From an uncultured delta proteobacterium (lineage in GTDB: Bacteria > Desulfobacterota > Desulfuromonadia > Desulfuromonadales > JACZKF01): 64,000 nucleotides of DNA. Positions 62,765 to 64,000 of the stretch are shown piece after piece (the stretch's first letter is position 1; each line of letters opens with the position of its first letter). Location: positions 48,636 to 112,635 of the forward strand of contig CAWFKQ010000001.1 in assembly GCA_963816395.1 (NCBI GenBank). Reading direction: 5' to 3'. The position numbers and the translations under genes were made by a program. The notes under the pieces are model-generated. The model saw only the letters and a program-made list of their open reading frames with translations. It was not told the origin of the DNA and made no database searches.

Positions 62765-64000
62765 ATGAGCGAGTTGAATTACGTCGGCAAGAGCTGCCGG
62801 CGCAAGGACGGCCCGGACAAGGTCACCGGGCGGGCGGTCTACAGCGAGGATGTCAAACTCCCCGGCACGCTGGTCGGCCGCATCCTGCGCAGCCCGCATC
62901 CGCACGCCCGGATCCTCGCCATCGATACCTCCCGGGCGAGCGCCCTGCCCGGGGTCAAGGCGGTGATCACCGTCGAGGATACCGGGGGGATCAAACACGG
63001 CTTCGTGGAGACGCCGCGCTATCCGCCGGACCAGGAAGTTCTGGCCCGGGGGAAGGTGGTGCATGTAGGGGAGGAGATCGCCGCCGTCGCCGCCGTCGAT
63101 GCGCTGACCGCCCAGCAGGCGCTGGCGCTGATCGAGGTCGAATACGAGATCCTGCCGGCGGTGTTCGATCCCGAAAAGGCCATGGACCCGCAGGCGCCGG
63201 AAATCCACCCGAGCCATCCGAAAGTGGCCGCCAGGGAGCCGTACGCCAACATCGGCGGCAAGACGGAGGGCGGCTGGGGGGACGTCGAGCAAGGGTTCGC
63301 CGAATCCGATTACGTCCGCGAGGACCGCTTCGAGAGCCAGCTGCGCACCCACGGCTACCTCGAGCCCCACGTCACCCTGGCGCACTGGGAGAGCGACAAG
63401 CTGAATATCTGGACCTCGTCCATGGGGACCTTCATCAAGCGGGCGAAGCTGGCCAAGGTCCTGGACCTGCCCTATTCCGCGGTGCGGGTGCACAAGACGT
63501 ACGTGGGGGGCACCTTCGGCGGCAAGATCGACCTGTATTCCCACGAGTACTGCGCCGCCCGCCTGTCCATGCGCACTGGCCGGCCGGTGCGCATCGTCGC
63601 CAGCCGCGAGGAAATCTTCTCCGCCTACCGCCATGCCCAGCCGCTGATCGTCGAGGTCAAGACGGGGGTGAAAAAGGACGGCACCATCGTCGCCCAGCAG
63701 GTGCGGGTGATCAACAACGCCGGCGCTTACCGGGGCAGCGGCGTGGTGGTCGTGTTCCTCGCCTGGGGCTTCACCATGGCGCCCTACCGCTGCCCCAACC
63801 TGAAGTACGAGGGTTACTCGGTCTACACCAACTACACGGTGCGGGCGCCGCAGCGCGGGCACGGCTGCCCCAAGGTGCGCTTCGCCATCGAGTCCAGCTC
63901 GACATGATCGCCGAAGCGCTCGGCATCGATCCGATCACCATCCGCCTGCGAACGCGCGTCATCCCGGCGAGGAGCTGCCGAACGGCGACAACGTGCACCG
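62765..64000 (+). CDS. molybdopterin-binding subunit (HcrA-like), 3'-partial, frameshift ~63897
   Basis: KVTGRA, LRSPHPHA, YLEP, GGTFGGK, RGHG. Confidence 0.88.

Overview
GC-rich bacterial chromosomal window whose gene content is consistent with a Desulfuromonadales/Geobacterales-type deltaproteobacterium (inference). Core genes: sucAB, a rubredoxin-ferredoxin-lipB-lipA-trxB operon, glutamate synthase, ablAB, tRNA-Phe, mntH, htpG, a complete mrpA-G operon, dus and rluA. The window ends in a 4-hydroxybenzoyl-CoA-reductase-like molybdoenzyme cluster with a divergent GntR regulator. Many housekeeping genes carry 1-bp indels that look like sequencing errors. Accessory DNA: a six-repeat Ig/PKD lipoprotein (10.2-12.9 kb) and a toxin-antitoxin (TA) cluster with many fragments (24.9-31.4 kb). 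Main observations: (1) an intact IS110 recombinase whose bridge-RNA guides, 2-nt core and circle-junction promoter can be read from the sequence; (2) that IS plus an MNT-HEPN cassette split an HTH antitoxin gene at a site matching the bridge-RNA target; (3) a Zn-finger thioredoxin with an in-frame UGA in W-U-P-H-C plus a SECIS-like hairpin, missed by the ORF track; (4) a 5'-3' exonuclease-RNase HI fusion; (5) two secreted Gln-rich peptidoglycan-binding paralogues; (6) several families of intergenic inverted-repeat elements. All family calls are from motif recognition by eye; no searches were run.
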